A DNA stretch of 63,782 nt, counting the filler, from Chiloscyllium plagiosum (lineage: Eukaryota): assembly GCF_004010195.1 (NCBI RefSeq). It is 4 parts of one record of this genome, joined end to end, with 100 filler letters (N's around TTAATTAATTAA, not from the genome) between each part and the next. Parts side by side here need not be neighbours in the genome. Positions count along the whole stretch, not along the records: positions 59,663 to 63,782 come from NC_057711.1; 3 more parts are not named here. The stretch is one strand, 5' to 3'. The notes beneath the pieces are model-generated. The model was not told where the DNA came from and searched no databases. It saw nothing but the letters and a program-made list of their open reading frames with translations. This document shows positions 63,006 through 63,782 of the stretch, in pieces. The position numbers were made by a program, and so were the translations under genes. Numbering within the stretch: the stretch's first letter is position 1; every line of letters starts with the position of its first letter.

Positions 63006-63299
63006 GTCCCAATTATATCCAGTTCTTTCACAATTTCATCCTTCCCTCAGTATTCTCACACGGGTACTCTCAGATGCATCTAATCAACTCCTGGTAATTT
63101 ATCAACTTTAAGTACAGCCAGGCTTTCTAATTATTCCTCTTTATCAAACAGTTGGTCAAGCAGTCCTAAACTTTTAAAGAAAGAGGAAGACATTAGGAGA
63201 GAGCTGAAGGCACTGCCACCACTTACAATCAGGAAGGTACAAAAGGCCACAATTGGAGGGTTGTAAACATTTGGGAGAATTGAATAGCTGAGGAAATTA

Positions 63300-63782
63300 C
63301 AGAGATCGATAGGTCTCAAAGTTTGTGCGAAGATTTGTAGCTCGGGTGCTCGTTGTTGTGGTTCTGTTCGCCGAGCTGGAAGTTTTTGTTGCAAACGTTT
63401 TGTCCCCTGGCTAGGCGACATCATCAGTGCTTGGGAGCCTCCTGCGAAGCGCTTCTTTGATGTTTCCTCCGGTGTTTATAGTGGTCTGTCCCTGCCGCTT
63501 CCGGTTGTCAGTTTCAGCTGTCCGCTGTAGTGGTTGGTATATTGGGTCCAGGTCGATGTGTTTGTTGATGGAGTTTGTGGATGAATGCCATGCCTCTAGG
63601 AATTCCCTGGCTGTTCTCTGTCTGGCTTGCCCTATGATAGTAGTGTTGCCCCAGTCAAATTTGTGTTCCGTGTTGTCTGCGTGTGTGGCTCCTAAGGATA
63701 GCTGGTCGTGTCGTTTCATGGCTAGTTGATGTTCATGGATGCGGATTGTTAGCTGTCTTCCTGTTTGTACTATATAGTGTTT
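63300..63782 (-). mobile_element. Penelope-like family 4 (GIY-YIG C-terminus plus terminal repeat)
   Basis: Minus strand YIVQTGRQLTIRIHEH..HKFDW..REFLEAWH..SINKHIDLDPIY is Penelope-type GIY-YIG. Confidence 0.85.
63391..63430 (-). ncRNA. Minimal hammerhead ribozyme motif (family 4; core G12 changed to A)
   Basis: Minus strand GCA CTGATGA T GTCGCCT agcc AGGGGAC (A)AA ACGT T TGC: stem I GCA/TGC, longer stem II and ACGT palindrome. Confidence 0.6.

Overview
Repeat-dense vertebrate genomic DNA, almost certainly from a cartilaginous fish (shark), judged from HE1/V-SINE, Deu-SINE, CR1 and Penelope-like repeats. Two host genes are partly present, both on the + strand. A CDKN2AIP/CARF-like gene shows exon 2 (34122-34261) and its terminal exon (39009-39964); exon 1 is not visible and probably lies in the assembly gap at about 32620-32719. 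An ING1/ING2-family gene shows a CpG-island promoter and coding exon 1 (59152-59287). This order matches the vertebrate CDKN2AIP-ING2 linkage, but the ING exon looks divergent. Most of the rest is decayed transposable elements: CR1, Tx1/L1-like, RTE-like, a pogo/Tigger transposase remnant and MITE, and SINEs. The clearest hidden signal is that at least four Penelope-like element families each carry a minimal hammerhead-ribozyme motif (CUGANGA, stem II, GAA, palindromic ACGU/AGCU stem III). Their stem I sequences differ between families but are complementary in each. Many copies sit in fold-back insertions with 10-17 bp target duplications, and one intact sense copy lies just upstream of CDKN2AIP exon 2. 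This ribozyme class is already known, so I cannot claim a wholly new system. TTAATTAATTAA spacers inside N runs are assembly artefacts. Repeat boundaries are approximate, and homology calls come from recalled motifs, not database searches.
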